Positions 54,390 through 64,000 of a stretch of 64,000 bases of DNA are shown piece by piece. This DNA comes from Chrysomallon squamiferum (taxonomy: Eukaryota; Animalia; Mollusca): contig CM022673.1 of the NCBI GenBank assembly GCA_012295275.1, positions 16,988,001 to 17,052,000 of the forward strand, in the 5' to 3' direction. The position numbers and the translations under genes were made by a program. Under the pieces are notes generated by a model, which ran no database searches, was not told where the DNA came from, and was given only the letters and a program-made list of their open reading frames with translations. Within the stretch, counting starts at the first letter, position 1. Every line of letters begins with the position of its first letter.

Positions 54390-55800
54390 TTGTGTGACAG
54401 TTCCACACCAGCCACGCTTGGACTGGCAGATGTGGTTTGCGGCACTTGGTAATTATCAGCACAATCCATGGTTGCTGAACCTCGTCTACCGGCTTCTCAC
54501 CAATGAGAAAGATGTTCTGGAGCTGATAGAGAAAAACCCATTCCCTGACAAACCACCCAAGTACATCCGCGCAACCCTCTACCACTACCACTACACCAAC
54601 GCTGATCCCACTAGTAACAGGTAGTACAGTTAAATACTGAGAACTAGTAAATGTTTGAAAAATAACAGATAAATGTTCAGAAATTAATATATTAAAAATA
54701 ACAGTGAAATATTCAGAAAATAATTAATGTATGTGTGTGTGTATGTATAAATGATGAAGTATGGAGGTTTTTTCTTTTTTTTTAATTAAATGTTTGCTAT
54801 GTCCAGTTAGATACTGAACATTTTTTTATTACAATGACAGAAATACTTTTTCAGTTTTTTTGTTAACCTAAGATCAAGTCAAAAATATAGTCACATATTG
54901 TGAAGTATTTCTCTAGCCACCAGTTTATGGGTTGTTTATATTTGTATGTAATCTTATCACATGACTATTGTACTGTATGAGATTTAGAATTGTTAATTAT
55001 TTTTGTTTTTCTCGGCAGATACTCAAAGACAAAATGGTGGATACGCAAAAAGAAAGCTGACTACTTACCAGCGTTAGACCTAGAAGAAGAAGGTTTAGGA
55101 CAATATATTAAATCTTCACACATGACAAGGGTATGAAACATCTTTTGTTTACTTTTTTGTTTCTGTGGGTTTTGTTATAAACTGAAATTTTTTTATTTTA
55201 CTTTTACTGTAATAAGAAATATAACTATAGTGGTAGTAATTGTAGTAGTAATAATAACAATATAAATCATTATTGATAAATGCAAGGTGAGTGATCTCCC
55301 TTATTCAGCAAATGGTTGTTAAATGCAATGTGGATGTTCTCCCTTACTTGGGAGATGATAGATTTGTGGATTATTATTTGATAATAATTGACAAAATAAA
55401 AGAACAAAAAAATTTAATATTTATTATTATTCTGGTCAATTTTAAATTTTCACTTGCTTCATCACAAAAGAGGTGAAAATATTATAAAATATAATTTCTT
55501 CTTTTATTAAATTAAAGAAGACTGTTATTCATTTATTGAAATAAAAATAATGTGTTCAGTAACAAGTTTTTTTATTTCTTAAGATATAATTAAATAAAAT
55601 AAGATAATAAAATTTCAAAGTTGTTGCCTTTCTGTCCGTCTGAGTCACTTAAAAAAGTGATCAGTGTTAATTTGTGATTTCAGAGACCAAAAAAGAAAGC
55701 AACTACGATGATAGGGAAAGCAGTGCAGTGGCTACGGCATCAGATTGGACAGCCTGAGGGTTTCAAGTTTATCATGTCAATCTTTGCCTCGGGGGTCTAG
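29303..55800 (+). CDS. LMF2: Lipase maturation factor 2 gene, whole span, 16 coding exons (exon 12 present as two alternatives), about 640-650 aa
   Basis: Spliced translation gives [124 protein letters not shown], all collinear with LMF2 as I recall it; all introns GT-AG with matching phases except one internal +1 frameshift near 53871. Confidence 0.96.
29457..30643. mobile_element. Unclassified non-autonomous DNA transposon, about 1.19 kb, in LMF2 intron 1
   Basis: Terminal TAGGTATGTG / CACATACCTA inverted repeat flanked by direct repeat AACAGTA on both sides; CpG-rich interior, no transposase ORF. Confidence 0.7.
32838..32888 (+). CDS. LMF2: LMF2 exon 2
   Basis: ttcag| (G)[16 protein letters not shown] |gtaagt; 51 nt, phase 1-1. 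Confidence 0.92.
33301..33503 (+). CDS. LMF2: LMF2 exon 3
   Basis: tgtag| (S)[24 protein letters not shown]...[11 protein letters not shown] |gttaat; phase 1-0. Confidence 0.92.
34468..34496 (+). CDS. LMF2: LMF2 exon 4 (29 nt)
   Basis: ttcag| VGQTFMWFQ(W) |gtaaac; phase 0-2. Confidence 0.92.
34885..35090 (+). CDS. LMF2: LMF2 exon 5
   Basis: cccag| [10 protein letters not shown]...[26 protein letters not shown] |gtaaca; phase 2-1. Confidence 0.95.
35316..35721. mobile_element. Tc1/mariner (Tigger/pogo-like) MITE, 406 bp
   Basis: TA on both sides; TIRs CAGTGGTACCATAACTTATGA vs CAGTGATACCTTGACTTATGA (18/21). Confidence 0.82.
35943..35968 (+). CDS. LMF2: LMF2 exon 6 (26 nt)
   Basis: ttcag| (A)LTYHFESQ |gtaagc; phase 1-0. 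Confidence 0.92.
36579..36731 (+). CDS. LMF2: LMF2 exon 7
   Basis: ttcag| [17 protein letters not shown]...AFISQ |gtaaga; 153 nt, phase 0-0. Confidence 0.95.
38350..38600. repeat. Degenerate ~25-bp tandem repeat just 3' of the ROCO stop codon
   Basis: Recurring AATAACAGTAATTTAGTCATTT-like unit. Confidence 0.55.
38661..41647 (-). CDS. MFHAS1/MASL1-like ROCO protein (LRR-Roc-COR, no kinase), large terminal exon
   Basis: Open 2987-nt exon after acceptor ttcccag|; about 15 LxxLxLxxNxL repeats, NPLEQPP cap, P-loop GESQAGKT (40392-40415), G3 NDFGG, G4 ATQCD, COR-like [12 protein letters not shown] and [12 protein letters not shown]; stop TAA 38661-38663. Confidence 0.92.
41890..42307 (-). CDS. 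MFHAS1-like ROCO protein, first coding exon (basic S/K/R/P-rich N-terminus and start of LRRs)
   Basis: ATG 42307; ends [18 protein letters not shown] with donor CAG|GTAAAT, phase 1, joining in frame (G+CC=Ala) to the 41647 exon; total 1134 aa; acceptor ttcttccag| puts exon start at 42335. Confidence 0.88.
43383..43500 (-). other. Probable non-coding first exon (5' UTR) of the nested ROCO gene; 5' limit uncertain
   Basis: Perfect donor AAG|GTAAGT at 43383/43382 on -, in-frame TGA and no ATG upstream, small cluster of CpGs in otherwise CpG-poor DNA. Confidence 0.55.
46424..46544 (+). CDS. LMF2: LMF2 exon 8
   Basis: ttcag| [40 protein letters not shown] |gtactt; a second in-phase donor gives an end at 46538. 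Confidence 0.92.
46921..47061 (+). CDS. LMF2: LMF2 exon 9
   Basis: accag| [46 protein letters not shown] |gtcagt; phase 1-1. Confidence 0.9.
47404..47726. repeat. ~54-bp minisatellite, 6 copies, with degenerate copies back to about 47130
   Basis: GATAGTCATTGTTAGATACACTGGTCACACATT...GTCAAGATAGAT starts at 47404, 47458, 47512, 47564, 47619, 47673. Confidence 0.92.
47810..47915 (+). CDS. LMF2: LMF2 exon 10
   Basis: ttcag| (G)[34 protein letters not shown](R) |gtattt; phase 1-2. Confidence 0.9.
47946..49558 (-). mobile_element. Decayed, internally deleted hAT transposon (Buster/Charlie/SPIN, GTF2IRD2-like transposase)
   Basis: TIRs CAGGTGTGGGCAAACT / AGTTTGCCTGCCCCTG (13/16), perfect 8-bp TSD CTCTAAAT; broken ORFs [37 protein letters not shown] and [16 protein letters not shown] (hAT dimerisation motif). 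Confidence 0.92.
49825..49924 (+). CDS. LMF2: LMF2 exon 11
   Basis: ttcag| [33 protein letters not shown] |gtgagt; phase 2-0. Confidence 0.9.
50110..50169. repeat. (CA)n microsatellite
   Basis: Read directly. Confidence 0.95.
51022..51137 (+). CDS. LMF2: LMF2 exon 12a (alternative)
   Basis: tgtag| [38 protein letters not shown](R) |gtacct; 116 nt, phase 0-2. Confidence 0.88.
52143..52258 (+). CDS. LMF2: LMF2 exon 12b (alternative)
   Basis: tgcag| [38 protein letters not shown](S) |gtaaga; 116 nt, phase 0-2. Confidence 0.88.
53810..53935 (+). CDS. LMF2: LMF2 exon 13 (contains apparent +1 frameshift)
   Basis: tatag| [21 protein letters not shown] then, after removing one base in GGGTT (53871-53875), [20 protein letters not shown] |gtgagt. 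Confidence 0.9.
54316..54389. repeat. (TCTA)n microsatellite abutting the LMF2 exon 14 acceptor
   Basis: Read directly. Confidence 0.95.
54401..54620 (+). CDS. LMF2: LMF2 exon 14
   Basis: gacag| (I)[23 protein letters not shown]...[22 protein letters not shown](R) |gtagta; phase 1-2. Confidence 0.95.
55019..55130 (+). CDS. LMF2: LMF2 exon 15
   Basis: ggcag| [37 protein letters not shown] |gtatga; phase 2-0. Confidence 0.88.
55684..55800 (+). CDS. LMF2: LMF2 exon 16 (terminal coding exon)
   Basis: ttcag| [38 protein letters not shown] (TAG 55798-55800); true stop may be 55830-55832 if the G5 run is miscalled. Confidence 0.8.
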   Translation, partial: RPKKKATTMIGKAVQWLRHQIGQPEGFKFIMSIFASGV

Positions 55801-57482
55801 CAGTCAATGTGTTAAATTTGTACTTTTTTTAGAAGTTGCAGGATTTAAAAATTCTTGTGTGAATTTTTACAGATAATAGGTGCTAATAATAGGTTTTGGG
55901 ATTTCATTTGAGTGCAGAATTGATAAAGCTATGTTTGTGTTTGTTAGGAAATGTGATTTCATAATGTGTTTTTTACTATTATCATTAATGTTATTTTTTA
56001 AAGCATATCACCAAATCTTTCAGTTATTAATTATACAAATAAATATGTTTAATTATTCTAATTTTAATCCATTATTTAGCACTGTTTTTTGTTGCTTTTC
56101 ATTTTAATGTTTTATTTTGAATGTTTTTCATTACCAGCTAAATTTGCGTGAGAATGTACTTGTGTATTGCATGGTTTTTACTGCCAACACATTTTATTTG
56201 CTACATTGTTTAATGTATCACTGTTTTTATTTTTGTCCACCCTGCCATTTTGAAAGAGCAATTCATTCACAGGCATAATATAATCTATTACAATTCTACA
56301 TTTGTGCTTTTGAGCAATTGATTTTACATTCCCTTTTTACTTTTATTTATTTTTATTTTTTTAAATAACTGTCTGTAGCAAAGTCATGATTGTTTTCATA
56401 AAGTCTCAAGCATTAAATAATGTCATTTCAGTTTGCTACTTTGTTAATGTTCGTTTTTTAAACTGTTTAAATTTTTATTATTTTGCGTTACTTTTTGCAT
56501 GTTGTTTTCTCTGTTTACTGTTATGTCTACATATCTGATGTAGTTTTGAGATGTGAGAGCCTGAAGATCTTTTGCAGTAGATCTAGTTTTTCTTTATCTT
56601 TTCACTTTACAATTTTTCAAATATTTTAGTTTAAATAGATTAGTGAAATCCATTTGTTGTATATGTTTAAATATGTTAGTAGTTCATTATTATTATTATT
56701 ATTATTTTAATCTATGAAAGAACTTCGGGCTATCCATATTTTAGGTTAGTAATAGATTTGTCATTTATCATGTGTCATGTGTATTGTGTGTTTTGCAGAA
56801 CACACCTTTGGACACATTCTGTTAAAAGAACTCAATCTGTTTACAAATCTTTTGTTAATGCATTTGAGCCAGGCCAGAGCATCCTGTTTAAGTTCTGACA
56901 AAATTATTCACATTTACAGATATTGCAATAAATGATGTGTTTGTATAAAGTGAAACTAGCACAAATAGATTCACATTTATAAAACACCTTTGATATCTGC
57001 CCTTCATGAGTTGGGAACTAAACATTTTTAATAAAATATTTCTTAAGTCTTCTTATAAACAATTCTGGATGTAAGTTTATAAGTCTGAGAGCAATCTATA
57101 TGTAATACCTTGTTGATAATATTATCATGTATAAAAGTCAATAAAATTGATAACAATAAAGTCTTGGTTTGGCTATAAGAAGTAAGAAAAGGGAATGCCA
57201 AGAAGAACAGATTTTAAGACTTGACATTTATCTGTGTGGTGTAGCACTTGAACAAATGGAGAACCTAAACTCAAAATATTGCTGAATCCATGTTTAAAAA
57301 TCATATTTATTGGTAAAAGTCATTTGAAATTAAATTTTAAGTTGTAGTTAATATTTAAAACACAAAGTGTTAAAAGCTAAGTATGTTTTGTGCAGTTTGA
57401 TTTTCACTTAAACATTGTGTCTTCTTCAAATCAGACCAAAGATGATTAGGTAGAGCTGGTTCTGCTTAAAATGTATAGAGAA

Positions 57483-57823
57483 CAGTGGTGGCAAAACATG
57501 ACACACGTGTCACTGCTGACCTGCAAGGCCATTTTCAGTACACATGCGACACAGAGTACCTTGGACATTGATTTAATATATTCTCGAATATTTTTGGTCA
57601 TGTAATTTAAAAGTTAATAAAAGGGAATTAAAAGTAGTGGGTGAGAACAGAACTTCTTGCTGTACTCCAGTAACATTTATTCCTATTTATATACTATAGA
57701 AAAGTGAATTCTGGAGCAGGATCTGTGATAACAATATAAATTTAGAAGCGGCACACATCGATGTAAAAATGACTAAGATATAAAACTATATTCATGCCTA
57801 GCAACAAAGTTTTGCCACCACTG
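57483..57823. mobile_element. Non-autonomous hAT element (MITE), 341 bp
   Basis: Perfect 15-bp TIR CAGTGGTGGCAAAAC / GTTTTGCCACCACTG; 8-bp TSD ATAGAGAA / ATATAGAA (7/8). Confidence 0.88.
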
Positions 57824-60800
57824 ATATAGAATTTGTCTTATTTTTATTTTACTTGATCAGTTTGCTTCCATTGTTTGTGAAGAGAGAACCACATTTTATG
57901 GAGTGCCTTTATAATAATGAAATCTCAAAATAAATAAATAAATAAATAAAAACTGGGTTCAAAGACACTGACAGCAATGACTTGTGGATTTAAACATATT
58001 TACTTTTATTTTATTTTTTCCGATGAAGGCTGTCTTTCACCATTTGTTATCTTTTATTGAAATTATCAGCCAACTAAGCAGATATTTCATAGCTTCATCA
58101 TATTACTTTCAGAGTTTTTATAAGAGTTTGGAATGGGAAAAATGTATCAGTGTTTTCTAATACAGTTCTTCCATTTGTAAAGTTGTAAGGTTGATAACTA
58201 TTTTTACATACTGTTACTTTTCTGCATGTTTGTAGCATAACTCAAATTTTATTGTTTACTGTACTGATTTAATTAAAATGGATTGTATTAATCTTTTTAG
58301 AGCTGACAAAATTGTGTTGTTAGAGAAAAATACTTTGTAAAGAACAAGAATCACTAAAGCTGTATCAATACTCAGTTGTCAACTTGTGCAGAGATGTATC
58401 CTGAATTTTGATTGGCTGTGTCCAGCCAGTGATAAAAGTGATTGTATTTATCTACTTGTCAAGAGATTGAGACTACAAATTACTGGCCCCAAAGTGTATT
58501 ATACAATTAATTACATATTGAAATTTTGTAAATTTTTTAAACTGAATAATGTTACAAAATTACGTTCAGATTACCTTTCAACTGCACATTAAGAGTTTAA
58601 TTTGAAATTAGAGCAGTTTTTGGATTTTAATTAGGATGTTTGTTATCTCTGTAATGAGTTTATGTAAGATGATGACAGCAGTGTATAATTAAATGTGTTT
58701 TGTGTAGATAATGGTTTTTTAATAAAATGATTAGTGTATGTATTTGAAAAGTTGGTTGTGAATGAGAAGAGGATAATTTTGAAGTGTCTATGTGTTCATG
58801 CAAAAAATAATTTTCTGTTTATTTTTAACATGAATATATATTTACCAAACAACCTCAGTAGCATGCTATTTTATATCACTTTGTAAACATTAAGACACTT
58901 CTGTACCAAGTTTTTCATTATATTTAATGTTAGAACATAGTTTTATCTGCAAGTATTTTTACAATAGCTTTCAGGGAGTGTTGATTTATTAAGCTTTTGC
59001 ATGCTAGTCATTAACAACACCAAAAATGTATCCACATATTACCATGAGTTTAAGTTTTTAAATCTCTTTGAATAAAATAACAATTATGTTCCACCCACTT
59101 CTACACTTTAATAAATCCACTGAAAGAAAATGATTTAAAATATTTATGGTTGTGTTTACCTTTTAAAAACATTAAAGGAAAACTGAGATAGTATAACCTT
59201 CTGTATTGCTGTTACATGAGAATTATATTTAAAAATAAAAACAAAAAAAAAAAAGTCCTTAATATGAACTAGCGTAGTTGCCATGGTTAATTCCCGAATC
59301 TGGCAGTGAGATTATAATACATCTTAATTGGACACGCCAGTTGTTCCATTACTGGCAGTTTATTGCTCACCTTTATTAATTGGTGTTCCGCCACTTAATT
59401 GATGTACTTTTGTTAAACAGCATTTTGTCCACAATTTGAAAGCACATTCAGTCACACTTTACACACGAAATGTCCCAGAAAACGCTCCACCGCAAGCTGA
59501 CAAGTAGAAAGCCGTGTCCCGGTTACACGTAACGTACTCCAATTCCAGCTGAAAGAGCTTGTGCTTGTCTTCTGGTAGTATTTCCTGTCCCCAAATTTTA
59601 CTGAGATAAAACATTAATTTCATGTCTCCAAACATTAATTTTCTTGCAGTCTCTATTCCGGCTCACCTCTTCTCTTCACTGCTTATTAAGTTTAATCTCG
59701 TTAATCGCCCCCTCTGTTCTTCACACATCGCGTTATCCCCATGCGTCTAAATTGGCCTTAATTGCTCACGCCAGTTTTTCCGTTTCTGGAAGCGGATTAT
59801 AACAACTCACCGCTTTTCTAATCTGGAGATTGCCAATTTTGGGAACATACCATTGCGATTCTGTATTCGATTGGAAATAACAATAGCTGATGTTGCCAAA
59901 TAAATAAAACAAATAAATGTATTTCTGTTTTGAGGGTTTGAACAGTAATAGCAGTGAATGTCATTCAGTTTGAAAACATTTCAACAACCTACATTAAATT
60001 CAGATAACATAATGGCACTGAAATAAAAACGTGTGTTATTCAGTTTAATTGTTTCAGAACCACAATGTATTGTGTAATAGTTTTGTTTTTAAATAGGTGT
60101 ACTATCTGTACAGTTTTAAGTAAAACGTTGTTTACAACTTGTTGTTTTGTTTTAATTTATTCTTACGGTTTATATTTCTAACAAGCAGCTTAGTTCACAG
60201 ATATTACATGATTATTTTAGCCAGTGGTATTAAAAAAATAATTAAAAAATAGATATTTCTGTTGTTAAGCATTTTCATAATTAGAACATTCGAAAGTTCT
60301 TGTTCCATATGTATAATATCTTCTGTAAAAAGGATATTGTAGTAATAAAGACCGGTATCTGGAAAGAAAATATTGATAAGCAAACCCAGAATGAAATCAG
60401 CTGAGATATTTTGTTGACAAAGATTATCATATATATGTCTTCAGTCTTACCTAATGTAGTTCAGACACTAGAAAACATCTCAAGAAAAATTAACTAGTCA
60501 TTCTGTTGTTAACAATATAGGAAATAAATGGAACAGATGTCTGAAATGAGCATGATGAAAGAGTAATTCGTGTAAACGTAGAATAGCCTTGAATTTCCAC
60601 GATAAAAAGGTTCATAAACCTATGTGAAATGTTATCTCCATAATCCACAGGACAAAAAGGTCATTTTTTCATTAAATCTTATCAGCTATAAATAACTATA
60701 AATCAATTAACTCTACTTATGAAACGATTCATAGGAAATAATAATTCTAACCATTTTGACAGTTACTTAGTGTGTGATTGTCCTGCATGTTATGTGACAA

Positions 60801-61974
60801 TCATTATGTATAACCGTTTTAAATGTTTTTGTTAATGAATAATGCATAATGTACGTATATCAAAACTAAAATTAAATAAAACAACAATAATAAAATCAGT
60901 AAATCAAAAAGACAACATTGTCACTACAAAACAATGAGAAAAATGTATTCTTATATATAACATAATTTTTGTATTGCAAACGACGTTAATAACATTGTCT
61001 GTCTCTAGGTCGAAGTCTAGTCACTGTAATAAAATAATTTTAGTTAAAGTTACAGAATTGTGAAGAAAAACAATTTGTCATAATTTTGACAAAGGCCATT
61101 CAATTCTTCTGTCACGCAAACATCTTAACGTGTAATTTACTCCCTGCTATTTACAGGATATGGAACAGAGTTACTTTCTCTTGTTACCGTAGCGGCCGAC
61201 TCGCAGAAGATCCATGCATTTCCGGTCAGATAGTCCCATGATAGTTAATGGTTGTCAGCACGAACTAACGTAAATGGCGGAATGTTGGTGATAAATTTCT
61301 CTGGTAGCAAACCGGCTGTTCAGTTTGTTGACCTCGCCATTACATTAATACTTTTATGGACCACATTGACCTGGACATAAAAACCTCTGCTGTGGTCAGT
61401 ATGTTCTCTCACTATAAGGTACAAAAGAACAGATCTCTGGCTAATAGCATTACACAATAAAATTTACATTCAGACTCGACATAAAACGATGTTGTGGTCA
61501 GTGGACCGTGTCCGTTTCTAAAAATAAAAAGGTCTCTGTTTTCTGCGATAAAATTGCATTTTCATCGAAACTGAAAGAAGGAACAACATTTTATTAATTA
61601 ATCATAAGTCTCTCTATATATATATATGTTTATTTGTTCTGTAAAATAAAATTCATCCCCAGTTTACAATCTGTTTAATGGTATTCTGGTTTTATAACTG
61701 TTTTTGTTATTGTGATTACCGGGGTACTCACAATTTCTTCAGGCTGACAGTTTGACGAATACTTGGATGATTTATAATGACAGAAAAGATTATGTCCGTC
61801 CACCTTTTCCACCAGTGAAACTCGGATCGGAGCTAAAGAAAATAGTAATTATAATAGTAGTAAACAATATTACATCTCTCTCTTTCTCTGACTTTACTGA
61901 TTTTAAAACACTGAATTTTCCACTAATATATATATATATATATATAGTTATTATTTCTGATTAATTTTATTATT

Positions 61975-62014
<40 letters not shown>

Positions 62015-62099
62015 TTAATTTATTATTATTACAACTTTTTTTTTTTTTTTTTTTTATAACAAATGTATTAAGCAAGATAATTAGGTTATTTTGGGATAT

Positions 62100-62552
62100 T
62101 ACTAACGAAACAGATGCATCAATTACTTCCGTCTTTTCGGTGAGATCGTTTCCTAAGTTTTGTCACACAGAACGCGAGAGAGGTACACACGTCTGAAACC
62201 GAAGTAAGCGTCAACTACTCGGCTACGCAACTGGTACTACGGAAATGGCCGGAAATTGGAAGTCCGAAAAGAGCGCAGTTGCATGTCGGGAATGCGAGTT
62301 ATCTTTAGGCGATGTGTTTTCGGACCAAACTCGGAAGGAAGCACAATCTGGTAAAAATATCTCGTGACGGGACAGCCTAAAGTAGAGATCAGTGTAAATT
62401 CACTTATAGGCTGTGGGATGCCCGAGATCAGAGAGTGTGTGACACACTGCAAATGAAGGAAACAAGCAAGTAAATAAACACAAACAAATGAAAAAGAAGG
62501 CAATCGAAATACAAACACACAAATGAAAAAGAAAGCAATCGAAATACAAAAA

Positions 62553-62583
<31 letters not shown>

Positions 62584-63530
62584 AATGAAATTAAAACAAA
62601 CAAATAAATAAATAAAAAGGCAAATGAAATCAAAAATAAATAATTAAATAAATTAAATATTTTAAAAGCCAAACAAACAAACAAACAAACAAACAAATAA
62701 ATTCTGAACTGTCTGTTAAAATTTAAAACAAACAGGTAATTAAATAAATGTTAACATTTGCTAAACAAAAATAAGAAAAAAATGAAAGGAGGTTATTTTA
62801 AAAACGTTCAGTAAATAATCCGTTAATTTTTATATACCATTTAGTATATTTAAAAGTGATTTTTGTTGTACACTGTTCACTCATATCTTAACTGATATAT
62901 AATTACATAATAATGATGATGATAATGATAATGACGATTATGATTATGATGTTTGTTTTGAAACCACGTCAAAATATGGACGGTTCATGTTTTCCCAACC
63001 CTGACCTCCACTTCGTCTTATTGAAATATGTTTCAATATAATTTGCTTATTTTAAATTATTCTTCTTATCAGTATTAACACCTAAATACGACTCTTAATT
63101 TTAGTCCAAGTCAAAATATTTACAAACAATCCATTCTTGCTTTGCAGAATAACTGATAAAAGACGGAGTTTTTATGTAACCACGTGTGTCCTAAATCAAT
63201 GTGAAACTTAAACGCGCCGGACACTGACGTGTTGCACAGAGTCGTGACGATAAATCACTGGTGATTGTTTTCTCCAGATTCTCAGATCTGACGACCACGG
63301 CGTTGAGAGCAAGTCCGTGTTGGCGGTCGGCGGAAGGTGAAGGTTAAGTAGACGAGACGTCGATACTCTTTAAGTGAACGCCGTTGTTAGCGTTGCGGCT
63401 GTTGTCGTTAGACGTGCCACATGTCAGAGAGGAGAACGTAGTGGTTAAGTATTTCAAATCTCCCTGCAGCTTAGAGATCAGATGTCTAGTGGCCTTTCCG
63501 TACTTAACAATGCGCAACACTATACTCTGT
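62100..63530. promoter_or_regulatory. CpG-rich promoter-like region of a further gene not resolved in this window
   Basis: Two GC/CpG-rich patches (about 62120-62450 and 63160-63520) with several CGGAA/TTCCG ETS-like cores and TGACGT. Confidence 0.45.
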
Positions 63531-63692
63531 GTGTGAATTGATTAACGAGTAAAACGATCGAACTGTTCACACTGACACACGCACACACACACACACACAC
63601 ACAGGGGGAGAGACAAAGAATGAGAAAAACAGATAGACAAATGTATGGGAAAGAAGGAGAAAGAACTGGTAAGAGAAAAGGTAGGGATGACA

Positions 63693-63694
<2 letters not shown>

Positions 63695-63758
<64 letters not shown>

Positions 63759-63787
63759 GAGATACACATGTAAATTTTAAAAAGCTA

Positions 63788-63845
<58 letters not shown>

Positions 63846-63850
63846 GTATG
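63695..63850. repeat. (GA)n and (TA)n/(TATG)n microsatellites
   Basis: Read directly. Confidence 0.9.
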
Positions 63851-64000
63851 CCTAATTTCAGTTTAGTTGAAATAAATAAAAACAAACAAAAATGTAAAAA
63901 TATCCTAAAAGCTTCCTGTATTATCCATTATGAATTTCCTTTTTCTTCTCTCTTTGGGAAAATTAAGAACAAAATATTGATTGCATTTATGAATAATAAT

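Noticed and set aside
29303-55800. LMF2 as a pseudogene, or as LMF1
   Set aside because: Only one clear lesion, at a homopolymer, with all splice sites and motifs intact; short N-terminus and QIPGLYG / YGLFRRMTG / WQMWFAAL motifs fit LMF2.

Overview
AT-rich, microsatellite-rich eukaryotic (animal) genomic DNA with spliced genes; the SINE remnants and the mosaic CpG depletion suggest a mollusc, probably a gastropod (inference). Main content: (1) a complete 16-exon lipase maturation factor 2 (LMF2) gene on + (ATG 29303 to about 55800), which I reconstructed by hand with consistent GT-AG phases; (2) two equal-length (116 nt), paralogous, frame-incompatible copies of its 12th exon (51022-51137 and 52143-52258), i.e. 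a probable mutually exclusive exon pair, with candidate RNA pairing elements around them; (3) an intact ~1134-aa kinase-less ROCO protein gene (LRR-Roc-COR, MFHAS1/MASL1-like) nested antisense in LMF2 intron 7, with a basic SPxK/R-rich N-terminus; (4) the 5' exons of an unidentified gene on - arranged head-to-head with LMF2 across a CpG-rich region; (5) DNA transposons with visible TIRs/TSDs (decayed Buster/Charlie-type hAT, hAT MITE, Tigger/pogo-like MITE, an unclassified 1.2-kb element), decayed SINEs, a 1.35-kb 17-bp minisatellite and other tandem repeats. One clear single-base frameshift in LMF2 is most likely a consensus error. Most short ORFs in the supplied track are microsatellite artefacts. 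All alignments were by eye against remembered protein sequences; no searches were run.
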